A DNA stretch of 63,684 nucleotides, counting the filler, from Klebsormidium nitens (Eukaryota; Plantae; Klebsormidiophyceae): NCBI GenBank assembly GCA_000708835.1. It is 3 parts of 3 records of this genome, joined end to end, with 100 filler letters (N's around TTAATTAATTAA, not from the genome) between each part and the next. Parts side by side here need not be neighbours in the genome. Positions count along the whole stretch, not along the records: positions 1 to 31,205 come from DF237761.1; positions 31,306 to 61,510 come from DF237771.1; 1 more part is not named here. The stretch is one strand, 5' to 3'. Under the pieces are notes generated by a model. That model had not been told where the DNA came from. It worked only from the letters and a program-made list of their open reading frames with translations, and did no database searches. Every line of letters starts with the position of its first letter. Within the stretch, counting starts at the first letter, position 1. Positions 25,880 to 38,516 of this stretch are shown here, one piece after another. Both the position numbers and the translations under genes were made by a program.

Positions 25880-28800
25880 ATGGCCGAGCAGCGAAGCCGC
25901 ATCACCCTCCCGCCCTTTGCCGCGCCCCAGAAGTCGAGCGGGGCCGCCACAAAAGAGTCGGACAAGGTTCAGAACGCAGACAACGGCGCGCTCGCCTCCG
26001 GGGAGCCAAAGAAGGAGCCAGTCCCCGGAAAGGACTTCCCAGCGCACCTGTTCCCGTATCCGGAGGGGTATGCTGATGTCAGCCTGGAGCGGATTCTGAA
26101 CATGCCGCAGCTGCAGAGGGCTGTAGCGGCGTATGTGAAGGAGGCCAGTGCTGCGGCAATCAAGGAGAAGGGAGCGTTCACGGTGGTATTGTCTGGGGGC
26201 TCGTTGGTTAAGGTGAGAAGCACTTGGTTTCTAGTTGGTGGGGGGGTTGTTTGGTCATGATGCGGGCGATATGTAGCAGGAAGAGCGTTTTAAGGAGCTT
26301 CACTCGCAGCGGGCCCCCCGTTGCAGTTGGTGGGGGGGGTCGTTTGGTCATGACCTGGGAGGATATGTTGCAGGAAGAGCATTTTAAGGAGCTTCGATCG
26401 AAAGGGGACCCCCCTTGCAGATGGTGGGGGGATGGTTGGTCATGATGGGGCGATATGTAGCAGGAAGAGCATCTGAAGGAACGTCAATAGAAGGTTGGCC
26501 TCCGTGGAAGTTCAAAGTTGAGAGGCAGGCCCCCAATAGGTGCGCGGAAATGGGGCCTTTGAAATCGAACGAGCTCAAAAATCGCACTTTGCTGACCCTT
26601 GAGATGCAAGTACTTCTTCAGTACATTATGAGGCGCACTGTAAGGGGCTGTGATGAGGGAAAAGCTGCCTTTGGGCTTCTGAAGGTCACAGCTTGCTTCT
26701 TGATGGACATGCAACTTGGTCAAGCAATCAGAGATCCCCTGTGGAATTCCTGAGGCTCTTTTTATGTCTATAATCAGGTTCTCATCATGAGGGCTTGTCT
26801 TCACAAGCCAGACAATTGTTTTGTGCCCCCCTCCGTGGGCCATCCATCTCCCTCAAAAGGGCGATGGAGATTTCCCATCTGTCGAAACACCAGATTGAGT
26901 CATCAGACGGCCTCTGCCAAACTCCTAACAACGGCGACTCTCCTCGCTAGAATGCCCGACTCAGACATTGATCCTCTGGAGTTGGCACGTCACGTGCGCA
27001 CACATCGTCAACTATGTTTACACAACTTCCCATTAGCATACTGGGCCGCTGGCATTTCGAAGCAATCTACACACCTGTTTCCCTTCTGCTACCTCATGAA
27101 GATTTCGTGTCTCATGCAAGCGCCAATCTTGCAGGGCCTGTCATCACTCATTGGCATGAAGGGGATTGACTGGTCAAAGTGGCACGTGTTCTGGGCGGAT
27201 GAGCGGGTGGTCAAATTGACGGACCCAGACAGCAACTACAAGCTGGCTACGGTAAGGATACGCTGACTGTTCCTCAATGGTCCCCTTTCCTCTTGATGTA
27301 GGGATCTGGAGTCAGAACCAGGAACCTCTGCTGATTTCGAGAAGTTGACCACGGTTAGCATCTCCATCTTTGCCTTACTTTCTTCTTATTGGCCCCTGTG
27401 CCCGTGTCCCTCAAAAGAACAGGATGGCCACTTCCATCCTTTTCTAGGCAGACCTCGGCTTCCAGGTGGAGAACCCAAGCCCTCGTTGGAGTGCTTGCTT
27501 GAGTTGGTCTAAGTCGTGATCATCAAAGTGAGTCGAACAGCTTCATTTTCTCTAGATTCCGTACAGTCGTCGACATCAAAAGCCGCACTGAAATAAAAGT
27601 TGGTCATCACGCTTCAACTTGGGCTTTCCCTGTAGGACGAGTTTCTGTCAAAGGTCGACATTCCTGACAACCAGATCTACGCGTTGAACGACACCTTGGG
27701 GGCAAAGGCAGCCGCCGCAGACTACGAGAAGGTCCTCAAGTGAGCGATCACTTTTTTGTCCAGGTCGGCCAGTTGGCCTGATCATTCTGATCTGGACTCT
27801 CGAGGCCGTGTCTAACAATCTTTGATCAGTCTCAGGCCGTACTTCAAACCTTAGGCAATTCTCGACTGTGCTTCGAAAACCTCAAGTGGGCCGTGCTTCT
27901 GAGACATGAATCAGTCACGAGTCGTGCTTCAGAATCTTGGATGAATCTCTTGCCGTGGTTCAGAGATTCTGAGCGGTTCTAGCCCGTGCTTCGAAGCCTC
28001 AGGTGAGTCAGGACAGTCCTTCGAAGCTGACAAGAACGCGTGGGTTTGACTGCGAAATAGAGCATTTCCAAGGAAGACGGACGCGCCGCAAGTAGTTTGG
28101 TTGCACGAAGCAAGGTGGACTTTTCGGATCAATCTTTAACACCTTCACGCCTCGCATGGTCAAACTCACACGCAGCCTTCATCTTTGTAGAAACCTGCCT
28201 CGAGACGTCCTTCCCCTGAGCAAGGGCGACCAGTACCCTCGCTTTGACCTGGTAAGGTCGCCCCGAAGCCCCGTTCTCCCCATTAGCCTGCTCTTGATTT
28301 CGATGACTATCCACTCTGATTGGCCGGTTAGAGTTGATATGAGATCCTCTATGTGTTCAGAGGACGAAAAGTGAGTAGCTCAGTCAAGGCGGCGGCCTGC
28401 AACCCACTTCACCGTTAGCAAAGTCTGCTTTTAAAAAGCTTCTCCTTTTAGAGTAGGATACTAGTTTTCAGGCGAACTTGCTGCCTAAGAACTTGTCAGG
28501 TTCAAAGCCGGTCAAGACACTTCCATGAGCTGCTTCCTCAAAGGGAGGGGACTCCCAGTGGTGTCCCGCTGCAGGATATGCCGGTTTTTATGAGTCCATC
28601 TCTCTAGCACTTCGGAAGGATCTGCTTGCCTTGAAAAGGAGCCGTTCAGAGGAAAGCCTTTGATTCTGTTCCCCTTAGGAGAATTCCTCGCAGAGAAATC
28701 CCTTCCTGAGCCCCCACTTTGTGCGCAGATTCTGCTCGGCATCGGTCCGGACGGCCACATAGCGTCGCTGTTTCCAAACCATCCCCTTGTGGGAGAACGG

Positions 28801-30116
28801 GCGAAGTGGGTCGCACACATTACGGACTCCCCAAAGCCACCCCCCCAACGCATCACCCTCACGCTCCCCGTCATAAACTCGGCCAAACAGGTGGGTTAAG
28901 TGGCCGGGTTTCGGAAAAGGTGGCTGGTTTTTGCTGCGGTATATGGAGAGAAGTTGCTGCGGTTTGTAGCGGAGTAGCTGAGTTTGGCTGAAAGTGCATG
29001 GCGTTCGAGAATAGAAGTTTGGTTCATGAGTAAGCGGCCGCAGTCTGTGGATCGTTCTACGGCGGTGTTCATATGAATCCGGTTTGACCACTTTTATTTT
29101 TAGGGTCTTAGTCCCGTAGTTGCAAGCGCTGGCTACAATCACCAAGACTTTGCTCTTCGTGTTGGTTCATGCGTCATCCTATTCCCTGGAGCTTATCACA
29201 ACTGGCACAACGATCCCATCTGACATCGCTCATGACTCGGAACAGACGATCCAAGCTCCTTGAGAGTTTCCATCGGCTTCGACAGATGGAAGAGATGACC
29301 GTAAGCAATGCATAATAGCAAGTAAACTGCAATATCAACAATCTTGAGGGGGCCATATGTAACCCTGCAGAACTTGTAGAGTGAAGAACTGTCCTCCTTT
29401 TTGAGGTCCACTTTAAAGAAGAAACCACCCTGGCTGTGTGTCAGTTGCCATGCTTGTTGATCCTTCTTTGCTGCAACCGAGACTCGTTTCTGTTTGCTGT
29501 CTGCTCCAACAACTTCAAGGACCCAACCAACTGTCGGCCTGACAAGCTGGATAGGCATCACTTGTTTGCGTTTTGTCGATCTTCAGCATGTTGAGAGTTG
29601 CCGTCGGCCTGGAAAGGCAGAGGGCTGCGGCGGCCGTTTGCTGTATCCAACGTGGACCAGAGCGCGACCTCGTTCGAGTTCATTGAATCCTCAGCCGAGT
29701 CCTGTTGCGGCTTTCGGTCTGGCCGAAGAGGTTCCGATACCCTAACAAGCTAGCAATGCGCCCCTCACAAATTGCTCGTCCAGTCTTCTTCACGTCAGCC
29801 TTTTGTCCTCGTCCACACGGAGCAAACTTGGCGTTCGTTTACGACGACTTTGACGTTCTGTGTACGTCGTTGTGTTCACCGATATCAAGTGTCTCAAACC
29901 CCCCCTTTGCAGGTGGCATTTGTGGTCACTGGTCAAGGGAAGGCCGAGGTTTTGCAACGAATCCTAGAGGTGTCTGCACTCCCTGGGGCGCTGCCCGCGC
30001 AACTCGTGCGGCCAACCGACGGTAGTGTGACGTGGTTTGCGGACTTGGCAGCGACAGCAGAACTGAACTCCGAGGCGTGGGCGGATGCTAAGAAGTTCCC
30101 TCGGAATGCGCTATAA
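25880..30116 (+). CDS. PGL: 6-phosphogluconolactonase, 6 exons
   Basis: Exons 25880-26212, 27135-27251, 27636-27739, 28191-28251, 28729-28890, 29913-30116. Motifs [24 protein letters not shown]...[67 protein letters not shown]. Confidence 0.95.
26236..26490 (+). repeat. Three tandem copies (about 92 bp) in PGL intron 1
   Basis: GGTGGGGGGG..TTGGTCATGA..GATATGT.GCAGGAAGAGC..TTAAGGAGCTTC starting at about 26236, 26327 and 26420. Confidence 0.85.
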
Positions 30117-31205
30117 CATACCGCATCAAAAGGTTGGGGTCAGGTCCGTTGCAAAGAATATTAATCGGGGTTTTATATAGCAAAGAACTCTCCCTTCAAA
30201 GTGCATCATGGCATGGTTGCTCCAACTCTTGGATGGGAGCACGGTTTGCCTAGGTCCTGCGACCTAGTCGATGTGGAGCTGAAACAAGTTATAGACGACT
30301 GCTTGGCATATGCTAGGTGCAAATGCAAGGCAACTCGAGTCAAGTGTACTCAACCGTAATAAGCCGGCAGACCTCTATCTAGCCTGCCAAGCGCTATCGT
30401 GCTGCCATGATCCGAATGTGGTGTCCCTGAAAAACACGCTAATTACTCCAGATATTAATGCAAATACATACAAATACAGTGAATGTTGCATTTATTCGTA
30501 CTTAGCTGTACAATGACTTTGGTGCCTGATTAGAATTATAATGCCTATGTTGTATGATCGTAGTTTGCGTCGACAATCGTCCGACGTGGCGCTCTATGTC
30601 AGGCTCCGTTAGTGCCAGCACCTGTCATGGTGCCACTGGCATTGATGCAAACCTATCAAAGCATTCTTTTTTTGTAACTCTCGTGCCAGCCATTTAGGAC
30701 TATAGTATATCCTGGCCCGGATCTTGCTGAACCCTTTTTGTCAACCAACCCAACATGCATATAGCGCTTTTTTAAGCGGCTCTTTCTAAAGGCTTTTGCA
30801 AGACAGGACAATTCTTCACCTGCTCCGACTAAACAATACCGACTAAACAATACCTGAGACAGTCCAGATGAGGCCTCGCATATAGTCCTACGGTAATAGG
30901 TAAGTCAAACTTACAGTCTTACAATGCAGGGAGGGGGAAGGAGGAGATAGGTTGACGTCTGTCATTGTCGCAACCTGGCGGAAGCCGAGAAGCGAATGAT
31001 GAGTCATGATTAGAAGTTCTAGTGGAACCCAAAACTTGAAAAGCGCCACACAGAATCTTTGTCAAAACCGTCCGATGCAAGTTTAACGGGCTTCTGCGAC
31101 CGTCCGATGAAAAAGTCGTGGCAAAATGCGGGCCAGGATATAAACAACACGAACCTGTTTGAATTTACGATCCTGACAGTGAAATACACGCGGATAGGTT
31201 CTGAG

Positions 31206-31305
31206 NNNNNNNNNNNNNNNNNNNNNNNNNNNNNNNNNNNNNNNNNNNNTTAATTAATTAANNNNNNNNNNNNNNNNNNNNNNNNNNNNNNNNNNNNNNN
31301 NNNNN
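31206..31305. other. Artificial assembly gap linker
   Basis: 44 N + TTAATTAATTAA (stop codons in all frames) + 44 N = 100 bp; identical to the linker at 61511-61610. Confidence 0.97.
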
Positions 31306-32392
31306 GCAACAGCGACAATCGGTTGCCTGACATTAATGTGAACGTCTTGTAGTCGCTTCGTGAACACGAACGCTTCAATCGATCCACTACCGGATGTTGT
31401 GACCATGTTCATAATTGCATCTACTCGCATGCATGAGGACTTGTGTGGATGCGAAGTTCTGCAAGCTGCTCCATGCTGCATAACATATGCAGCATCATAA
31501 CCGGCGGCGATGTGTAGTGTGTATATAACCGCATCCACTTGCAATGATCGAGGACCAAGATACATCCAACTGAAATGCAATCTGAGAGCTACACGTAATT
31601 CGGTTCAGTGATGACGATCATCAGCCTCCAGTGCCTGGTCAGTTAGCATTATGCAGCTGTGCCGTCAGCTATACGATTAGTGCACTGAGCCATGTACGTC
31701 CCAATATATAGAGAGGCTGCTTTGGAAAGCACGGGTTAATTGGACGGTTGTCCATCCCCGATAAGAGAATTGCCGACCTCTTTCAGGAACGTCGTGCCTA
31801 GACTCATCTGCTCAGCCAATTTGCAAATGGCATGCCCGTCCGCAGCACTAGTGCGGCACGTCTAGTTCTGAGTACGCACGTTTTCTTCGCTTGTGCCATT
31901 GGTTCTGGTTTTTTGACCACCGCTGCATAAAAGTTGATCGATGGCAAGGGCCTATGCAACTTGATTTGAAGCTCCTTTTGAAGCCTGCATGTGAGCTTTC
32001 TTAAATAACAAAGACTTGCACAATTGCAGAAACATTTGGCAGGAAGCTGTCACTTTAGAACGTCAAACCCCAGCGACAACAGCGGCGGCCGCGCTGTCAC
32101 CGTCGATTCAGCGCGGCCGCAGGCCCGACAAAGCGCTCAGTGCGCGACCGAGTCAAATTTCGGGTCGCGCAGCCGACGCGGCCTGGCAAACATGAAAATC
32201 ACAAGTTGTTTTTCTGCGCGGTGCCGACTCTGCTCGGCGTCGCGCCGAACCCGCAAACCCGGCTTAGTCAGCGTTGCAAGATCACCAGTATTCCGAGAGC
32301 GCCGACGAAGTGTATGCCTTGAACAAAATCCGAGGATCCTTTCTACAAACGCAAGAGCCAAGATCAATACATCCTGAAGTCGTTTTGCCAGC

Positions 32393-35300
32393 ATGGGGGA
32401 TGACACCGACGAGGGTTGCAGGGTCTTTGTTGGGGGCCTCTCATGGAAGACCTCTAGCAAGGGCCTTCAGGATGCTTTCGCCACGTACGGAAGGGTCCTT
32501 GATGCTAAGGTGCACGGTCCTACCTACCATTACACCTCCTCAGCATTGAGCAATATTCCATTCTTGGCTAGCTGGGGATTTTCTGCTTCTCTACGATGTC
32601 TGGTTTGCGTCTGACCCGCGTGTGATCAGCGATAAGATCAACTATTGTGTCCACTTCCTTGATGGCAACCGATGGGAACGATGAACCTGAAAGGAGGCAG
32701 CTTATGGATGCATGATTCACAGTCCATCACGATTGAGTTTGACGACTATTGCAAGTGAAGACGATAGGTTTGATTGCTGGTAAAGAGGTAAATGTGTCCT
32801 GCTCACATCAGTAACTTTGGAGGATAGGGTGTTAGCCTGCGGCCACTATCTGAAGAAGAATACAGAGCAGGACCATGAAAGCGGAAACCTCATGTTTGCA
32901 GGTTGTCTGTGATCATCAGAGCGGCAGATCCAGGGGCTTTGGCTTCGTGACGTTCAGGGACAAGGGGTCTGTGCAAGCCGCGATCAAGCACTTGGATGCG
33001 CTGCAGCTGGATGGCCGGAGGGTTACTGTCAGAAGAGCGCGTCCCAGGGGGACAGAAAGGCAGGAGAACAATACGCGGCTGGAAGATGGAGGCAAGGGGG
33101 GACGCGGTGCTGAAAGGGGTTGCTGGTGAGCACCTGGGCCTTATGGTGTCTCAATCCAGAGAGGTTGGAGTACTTGTTTTGTTCTATCCGACAGCTTATA
33201 GCCCTGTTAGGCATGATTCAGGTTGCTCTTCTCAGGGTTTTGCGCAGGATGCTTGTTTGCTCGATTTCAGAGCCTCTTCTACTGCCGGCTCTCATGAGAC
33301 TGGGCTCTTTCTATCTTGGGCAAGCTTATAAATGTATGTTGTTAAGATAAGCCTCAATGGAAGTTCTCTGCTTGTGCAGCCACAAGTGCGGCGCCCGGGG
33401 TCACTATGCTCATGGATGCCACTCGGGCGCTGGAGGTGGGGTGGGGGGGGCTAATAGAGGCGGTGGAGAATCTGGCGGTGGCAGTGGCTACGGAGGGCTT
33501 CGCAGGTGACAGGATTACACTTTGTGCGATGGAGCTTTTCAGTTTCTGGGAATTAGTAGGCCGGTGCAGATGCTGCTTGGAAGAATTCAGATGATAGTCG
33601 AGTTGCTAGGGTTTTGAAGCTGTTCCATGGTATGGTTGCAGGCACATGTGGCGTCTGTCCTAATCAGCATTGTTGGGTTGAGTATCGGCTCTGTCTCAGA
33701 GAGTGATCTTTCCTCTGGGGCCTTGCTCCTGCTTATGGAGTTCTGGTAAATGTTTGTCTTTGCATATTTCATGGCGTTAGAAGAGTAGAACTTGCTTTTA
33801 CTGCTGGAGCATCCTTCTTGGTGACCTGTTTTGAAGCATTCCATGCCAATCCAACCTGGTCTCTTCACGCTTCCTTCGGAGGTTTTCAATTTGCTTTAGG
33901 TCCAATCCAGCGCTTCATATTGGTCCATCTGCTGGACAATAGCATGAAGGTGGGCTTGAGGTGATCCCGCAAGGTACGTCATGCTCAGCGTTGCGAACCC
34001 TTCCCGTTCCACTTGCAGCGCAGAGCAGTGTGAGGAGTACCACGCTGAACAGGAGGAGCGTTCGAGGGGCCCTCCCAGCTGGAGTGGCAAGAAGCGCGCA
34101 AGGGGCTACTCTAGCGAGGACGAGGCGGGGCAGGACAGAACGGGGCCATGTCGTGGCGGAGCGAAAGAGCGCGGGGGGGTAGCCACGCCAAGAAACTTCG
34201 AGTCGACGAGGGCCCCAAACCCCCTGGAGAGACGGCACCGGAAAGGATTGAGAGACGGCTGCCTTTCACGGGGAGGCCCAGAGGCGCGGAGGACGTGGGC
34301 GGCTGGCTGTTGCGCAAGTATGGGGCCACATTCAAGAAGGTGCACTCAAAGAAGCCGCTCGAGTCGCTTAGGGAACGGGGTCTTGACACTCGTGAAGGCA
34401 TCATCGAGCACCTCCGGATTGTTGGCCGGAAGGACGCCTTCCTGTCGTGGCTGGCGTGGGTGGCGAAGATTTACAGCAATTGGAGGAGGCGAACACCTTG
34501 GGTGGACGATCGGGACTACACAAGGCTGACTGTTCACCTGCTCCTCTTGGGCTGCCCGGGGTCAGGTCAGTGCTGCTGCACAGCTGGTCTGTGGGGCGTG
34601 AGCTTCAGCTCCCATCAGTGGTGATGCTAGGCCCTGCTGCAGACCTCCGCAAGATGCAAACACAGTCCGATCCAATCAAAGTGAAGGGGATTACGTCTGC
34701 AGGCATCCTCTCTGTCGTTATCTCGAGGTGCCCTCCCCCTTTGAGCAAGCCGCTCTAGTTCTTTACCCCTCTTGTTTGCAGGCAAGACTACGTTCTTGTA
34801 CCACAGCTTGCGCTGGCTGCAGGAGTGGCTTAGACCAGATACCCCAGAAGCGGAAGCGCACAGGCTGGACTATCTGGCGGGCGCGATCTACAGTGAGAGA
34901 GCAACGCGTCTAGAGAGCGGCCAGTTGAAGTTGGTGAAGGACTTGCTTGTTGCCCTGCACACAGCTGCTGGCAGCAACGGAGTTCACGCCTTTGGTGTCC
35001 TCAGGCAAGCTCGCATAGTCCCTCGTGGTTGTGCTTGCGCGTTGACTGAAGTCCATCGGTGGCGATCTGTTTTCTCGTTTTTCACAGCATCCTTCGCTCA
35101 GCTTCTGGCCCGTACCCGACATTTCGAAAAAGCGGCTTGATGTCTGAAAGGGGCACAGTCATTGTAAAGTCTTCCCGTCAGAAGGTTTGTGACGAACTTT
35201 TTCCTCTGCATCTGCAGGGTCGAGCAGACCAGCCTGACGGACACCGACGCCGAGAAGATGGTGCGCATCATAGGGCGCCACGCGCCAGCGCTGAGGCTGC

Positions 35301-38300
35301 TCTACTCACTGCTCAGCCCGCTCGATGGCCCCGCTGAGGATGAGTTCGAGGATGAGGAGGAGGAGCTCTTCAGCAGCTACTCGACCTTCTTAGGCGACTA
35401 CTGCGGGAGCGCCCCCGATTATGTTCAGGAGTGCATCTCCATTGAGGCCGTCCTTGCCTTCGCTCGGAGAGGGCTTGGAGTCCCCCAAGAGCAGCTGCTT
35501 CTGGTGCTGCTCTTGATTGACGAGGGCAACACTGCCAGCGGTGTCTTCCCAGTAAGCTCCAAAATGCGCCTCTTGTTGCCTACTAGGAAGCTCGTGAAAA
35601 GGTCGTTCGCTCCTTCTCAAGGAAACCGCCTGGTTTGTTGGGACCTGACTTCTGTTCCTGCGAAGGGACGTGTCGAGACCCCTCCGTGTGGTTTGCGCCT
35701 TATGATTGACGGCCATCGCATGTCGCACTGCGTTGCGTTGGCCCCTCCACTCTGCTTCCGATGATTGCGCAGGAGTCTTCTGCACTTACTGCAAGTTGCA
35801 CAGAGTTGCTAGAAGTTGGCCTGACGGCTAGGTGCTTCTCTCTATTTTGCAGCGGGAAAGCCCTTCCAAGACCAAGAAGCACCTAACGTGGTTGAAGGAG
35901 TTTCTGAGCGTGATCATCAGGACCAACAACGAGGCAAAGCGGGACCTGATCATCCCAACAACCGCCACCACGCGTCGGGCCTCGACCGATCTGGAGTGCA
36001 CCGCTAGCGGCCATGCTCAGGCTGCGTACGTCCCGCTCAAGGCCCTCTCCGTGCCCGAGCGGAAACGACTGATCTGCGACATCGCCACCCGGGTGGCCAA
36101 AGCCCTTAAGCGGTCCCGTGTCGGAGTCAAAGACCTGTCGATCGCCTTGAACGACGCCCTAGACTTCGTTGGCGGGAATCCCAGCCTGATGAGCTGGCTG
36201 CTGGAAGAGCTCGGAGGCCCTTCTTGGCATGAAGGTGCGTACCTCATCCCCTGTCAAAAGCACAGAACCTCGCAAGTAGGACTGAGAGTTTTTGTCTCTT
36301 GACAAGCCATGATTTCCGGATTAAGCGGTGTCAGTTTTAATATGCACCAGAGGCGCTTCTATGAACAATGTCTTCTTGGTGAAACTGGTGGGGATTGTAA
36401 GCTTCTTCTGAGTGGTCCGTTTGTGCAAGCGCTTCCAGTACAGCCTCTTTGATGTATGGTGAGGTCAGACTCCCGCATCCCGTCAACATCTTTAAATGAA
36501 CAGGCTATCAAGGATGGCGAAGTCGATTAATGCTTTCGTCACTGGCAGATTTGGAATCAGCAGTCGGGGCTTTCCCTTTTTTGGAAATGTTGGGATTCTT
36601 TTCGGAGGCTGAGAACTTCCCACTGTGCCACAGGTGTGCCTAGTATGATTGCGACCCCAACAATCAGCTTGTTCCGTGCAGATTTGGACCTGGTCGTAAA
36701 GAGCATGGACTACACTAAGTTGCTGGTGAAGCTGGGAAGGCTGAAGAAGGCAAAACGAGCGGCACGGAAAAGGAAAGGGGGAGCCGGAGAGGCGCCGCCG
36801 TTTACGGGCGCAATCAGACGGAAAAGCAAAACGGAAAGGAACTAGAGCGAGGCGTCCTCGGGGGCTTGCATCTGCACCTGCACGGGAGTGCGGATGTCAA
36901 GAAGATGTGGGCGGATCTGGTGCGGCACGCGGGGGGCCACGTGTGCCGGTCGCTGGAGCACGATTTGGCGCACGCGGTGCTGCTGGAACCGGGCGTTGAT
37001 GCGCCCTCGGAGCTGAAAGGCGCGGCATGGCGGGCCAAGATCGCTATCAAGGTGAGGTGGTCACATAGTTGGTTCAGTCTAGAAATCATCTCGGTCGACG
37101 AGCTTCGCAATCGTTCCGGAACAGGGAGGCAGAGGTTGCTTTGTTTCGCTCTGGTCGAGCGGGTTACACCGACTCACTAGAATACAACGTCAAGTTTCTA
37201 AGTTTCGCCATGCATGTCTGACACGCGGAACCTGTTTCTTTAGGCTTGGTTTCGATGAGTTTGACAAGTGATACTTCTTTTGTTTGGTCCGCCGTTCATC
37301 GACCACTATTTTTCCTTGTTTCCACCTCCCACATGTATAGAGCATTGCGCAGATTAAGATGATGCTAAAGAAAAAGCCAGAGTTCGTTTGAATGCTTCAA
37401 CTTTTCGTTCGAAGCCAGCCCATCCACATGGATCTCTTTATGAAACTCAGGAAAAGTGTATGCAGCCAAGTCAATGATAAGCTCCGACTAACAGAAAATA
37501 CCGCAACGTGGAAAAGTGATGCTCCGCACCCTACAACCACCCTAACCCCGAGAACCAGGTCGGTATCATCTATTGTAATCACTTTTCTGTATCTTTGTTG
37601 ACCAACATCTTTGTTTGCAGCCGTCCGTTGACGTTGTGCGAAGCACAAGCCGTTTGTGCGGCCCGCTTTTAAGGCGCATGGGTTTCAAGCCTCAGTTACC
37701 TTAACCACGTTTACAATGTGCTCTACTTGCTAACTTTTGCTGACGCTCGTTCCGTCCGCTCCGCAGACCCTGGATTGGGCCGTCGACGCTCTCCTGTCGG
37801 GCAGCCGCCCGACCGACTTTCCAAACCCGCCAAACCCCGACTAAACCCCCTCGCCGCCCCAAGCCGCAAAGGGCGACCAAGACAGCCCCAAGGATTCCCC
37901 AAAGAGGCGGAAATCCAGCCTTGGGTCCAGCGTCAAAGGCAAAGACCCGGAAAAGGCCGGCGAGCCAGATCGCGTGCCCCGGGAGGAAACTTTGCTGGAA
38001 GGGGGACCTGCCCGGGAGGGTCTGGGCCTGCGGGAGCCCCCCCCTCTGCCACCGCACGCTCTCGTGGCGCCCGGGGTTACGGACGCTCCTCCGGCGAAGC
38101 GGACGTACTTTTCGGCAGTGACGAGCGCCGGCGAGGGTCACCAGATTGGGGACGCGGCAGATATTCAAGCTGACGGAAGCGCGAGCGCGCGCGTCGTCCA
38201 GCTGATGTCACTCTGGGAGGCGTCCGGGATTGGCGGGGAGGGGTGTATGCGGGCCACGTGTCGGCTGCTCATGCGCCCCCGAGAGACTGACTTTCCGTTT

Positions 38301-38516
38301 TTTGGGGGGCGTGGTTTGGGGGCTAACCAAGGGTCAGCGGAAAGTGGTTTGCAGGAGGTGTATCTGTCCAGCGTGGTGCAAGAAATGGATGTGTCGGAGT
38401 TGAGGAAAAAGGTGCACGTGGCGAGGAGCACGGGAGGTGCTGGTCCGAGTGCTGGTTTCCTATGTAGATTCTTCTACGATGCGGAGCGGGAGATCTTGCA
38501 GAAACTCGAAGTTTAA
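32393..38516 (+). CDS. Multidomain protein: RRM, CCHC zinc knuckle/Gly-rich, P-loop NTPase, BRCT, BAH. The reading frame is interrupted (pseudogene, assembly errors or more than one gene).
   Basis: Exons about 32393-32509, 32901-33125, 33380-33505, 34019-34565, 34782-35004, 35218-35551, 35853-36234, 36682-37051, 37767-38516. RNP2 VFVGGL, RNP1 RGFGFVTF; CHKCGARGHYAHGC; Walker A GCPGS|GKT; Walker B LLLIDEG; BRCT-like GGLHLHLHG...WADLVRHAGG...TLDWAVDAL; BAH-like VVQLMSLWE...CRLLMRPRET...EVYLS...FLCRFFYD. The join needs two frameshifts (about 34175 and 36780) and has an in-frame TAA at 37842-37844. Confidence 0.6.

Noticed and set aside
30090-30116. Peroxisomal PTS1 on PGL
   Set aside because: The C-terminus is -NAL, which does not fit the [SAC][KRH][LM] consensus.
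1617-30854. Small direct duplications (21 bp at 1617-1662; 15 bp at 30825-30854)
   Set aside because: Isolated slippage events not associated with splice sites or elements.
31250-31261. TTAATTAATTAA palindrome inside N runs (also 61555-61566)
   Set aside because: An identical 100-bp construct appears twice; it is a synthetic six-frame-stop gap linker, not biology.
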